Assembly (NCBI RefSeq): GCF_019646055.1 | Contig: NZ_JAESFE010000001.1 | Span: 418,466-450,465 of the forward strand | Reading direction: 5' to 3' | DNA: 32,000 nucleotides | DNA from: Sodalis sp. CWE | Lineage (GTDB): Bacteria > Pseudomonadota > Gammaproteobacteria > Enterobacterales > Enterobacteriaceae | Shown here: piece by piece, positions 31,875-32,000 of the stretch | Layout of the letters: each line of letters opens with the position of its first letter | Numbering within the stretch: the stretch's first letter is position 1 | Notes under the pieces: model-generated | Database searches by the model: none | Told to the model about the DNA's origin: nothing | The model's input: the letters and a program-made list of their open reading frames with translations, nothing else | Program-made: the position numbers and the translations under genes

Positions 31875-32000
31875 TATTTAATTTTAAATAACTCCTCAGC
31901 ATACTTTATTAAGACGGAAAATGACCACCTTCAATATTTTTTAAGGGATGGTTTTTCCGAAATGTATTAAAAATTTAGCTTTTTTAAAGCTAAGCTACAA

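Overview
Very AT-rich window. By eye the genes are roughly one-third G+C and the spacers far lower. Gene content and local gene order match a reduced-genome Enterobacterales-type gammaproteobacterium, most plausibly an obligate insect endosymbiont; I cannot name the species. I can support 21 protein genes and 1 tRNA, all housekeeping: mtnN, erpA, rplY, tRNA-Pro(GGG), an OmpC/OmpF-family porin, ibpA, an AI-2E-family permease, glyQ-glyS, sodA, gyrB, dnaN, rpmH-rnpA-yidD-yidC, mnmE, a truncated bamC, dapA, upp, guaA and der. The genetic code is standard (TGA is used as stop, TGG as Trp). With my coordinates about 62% of the window lies in recognisable genes. The rest is ORF-free spacers of 0.4-2.5 kb, sitting where E. 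coli-type neighbours are missing. I see no CRISPR array, IS/transposon, prophage, integron, toxin-antitoxin, defence or biosynthetic cluster, so I do not think a novel multi-gene system is encoded here. Points worth a second look: (1) dnaA and recF are absent from the otherwise conserved rpmH | dnaA-dnaN-recF-gyrB locus. (2) bamC is cut down to its ~100-aa N-terminal BamD-binding segment. (3) der and guaA are joined with no room for guaB. (4) The porin lacks the PEFGGD constriction-loop motif. (5) The long eroded spacers carry a recurrent class of pyrimidine-arm/purine-arm palindromes and a few G+C-bearing inverted repeats that look unlikely by chance.
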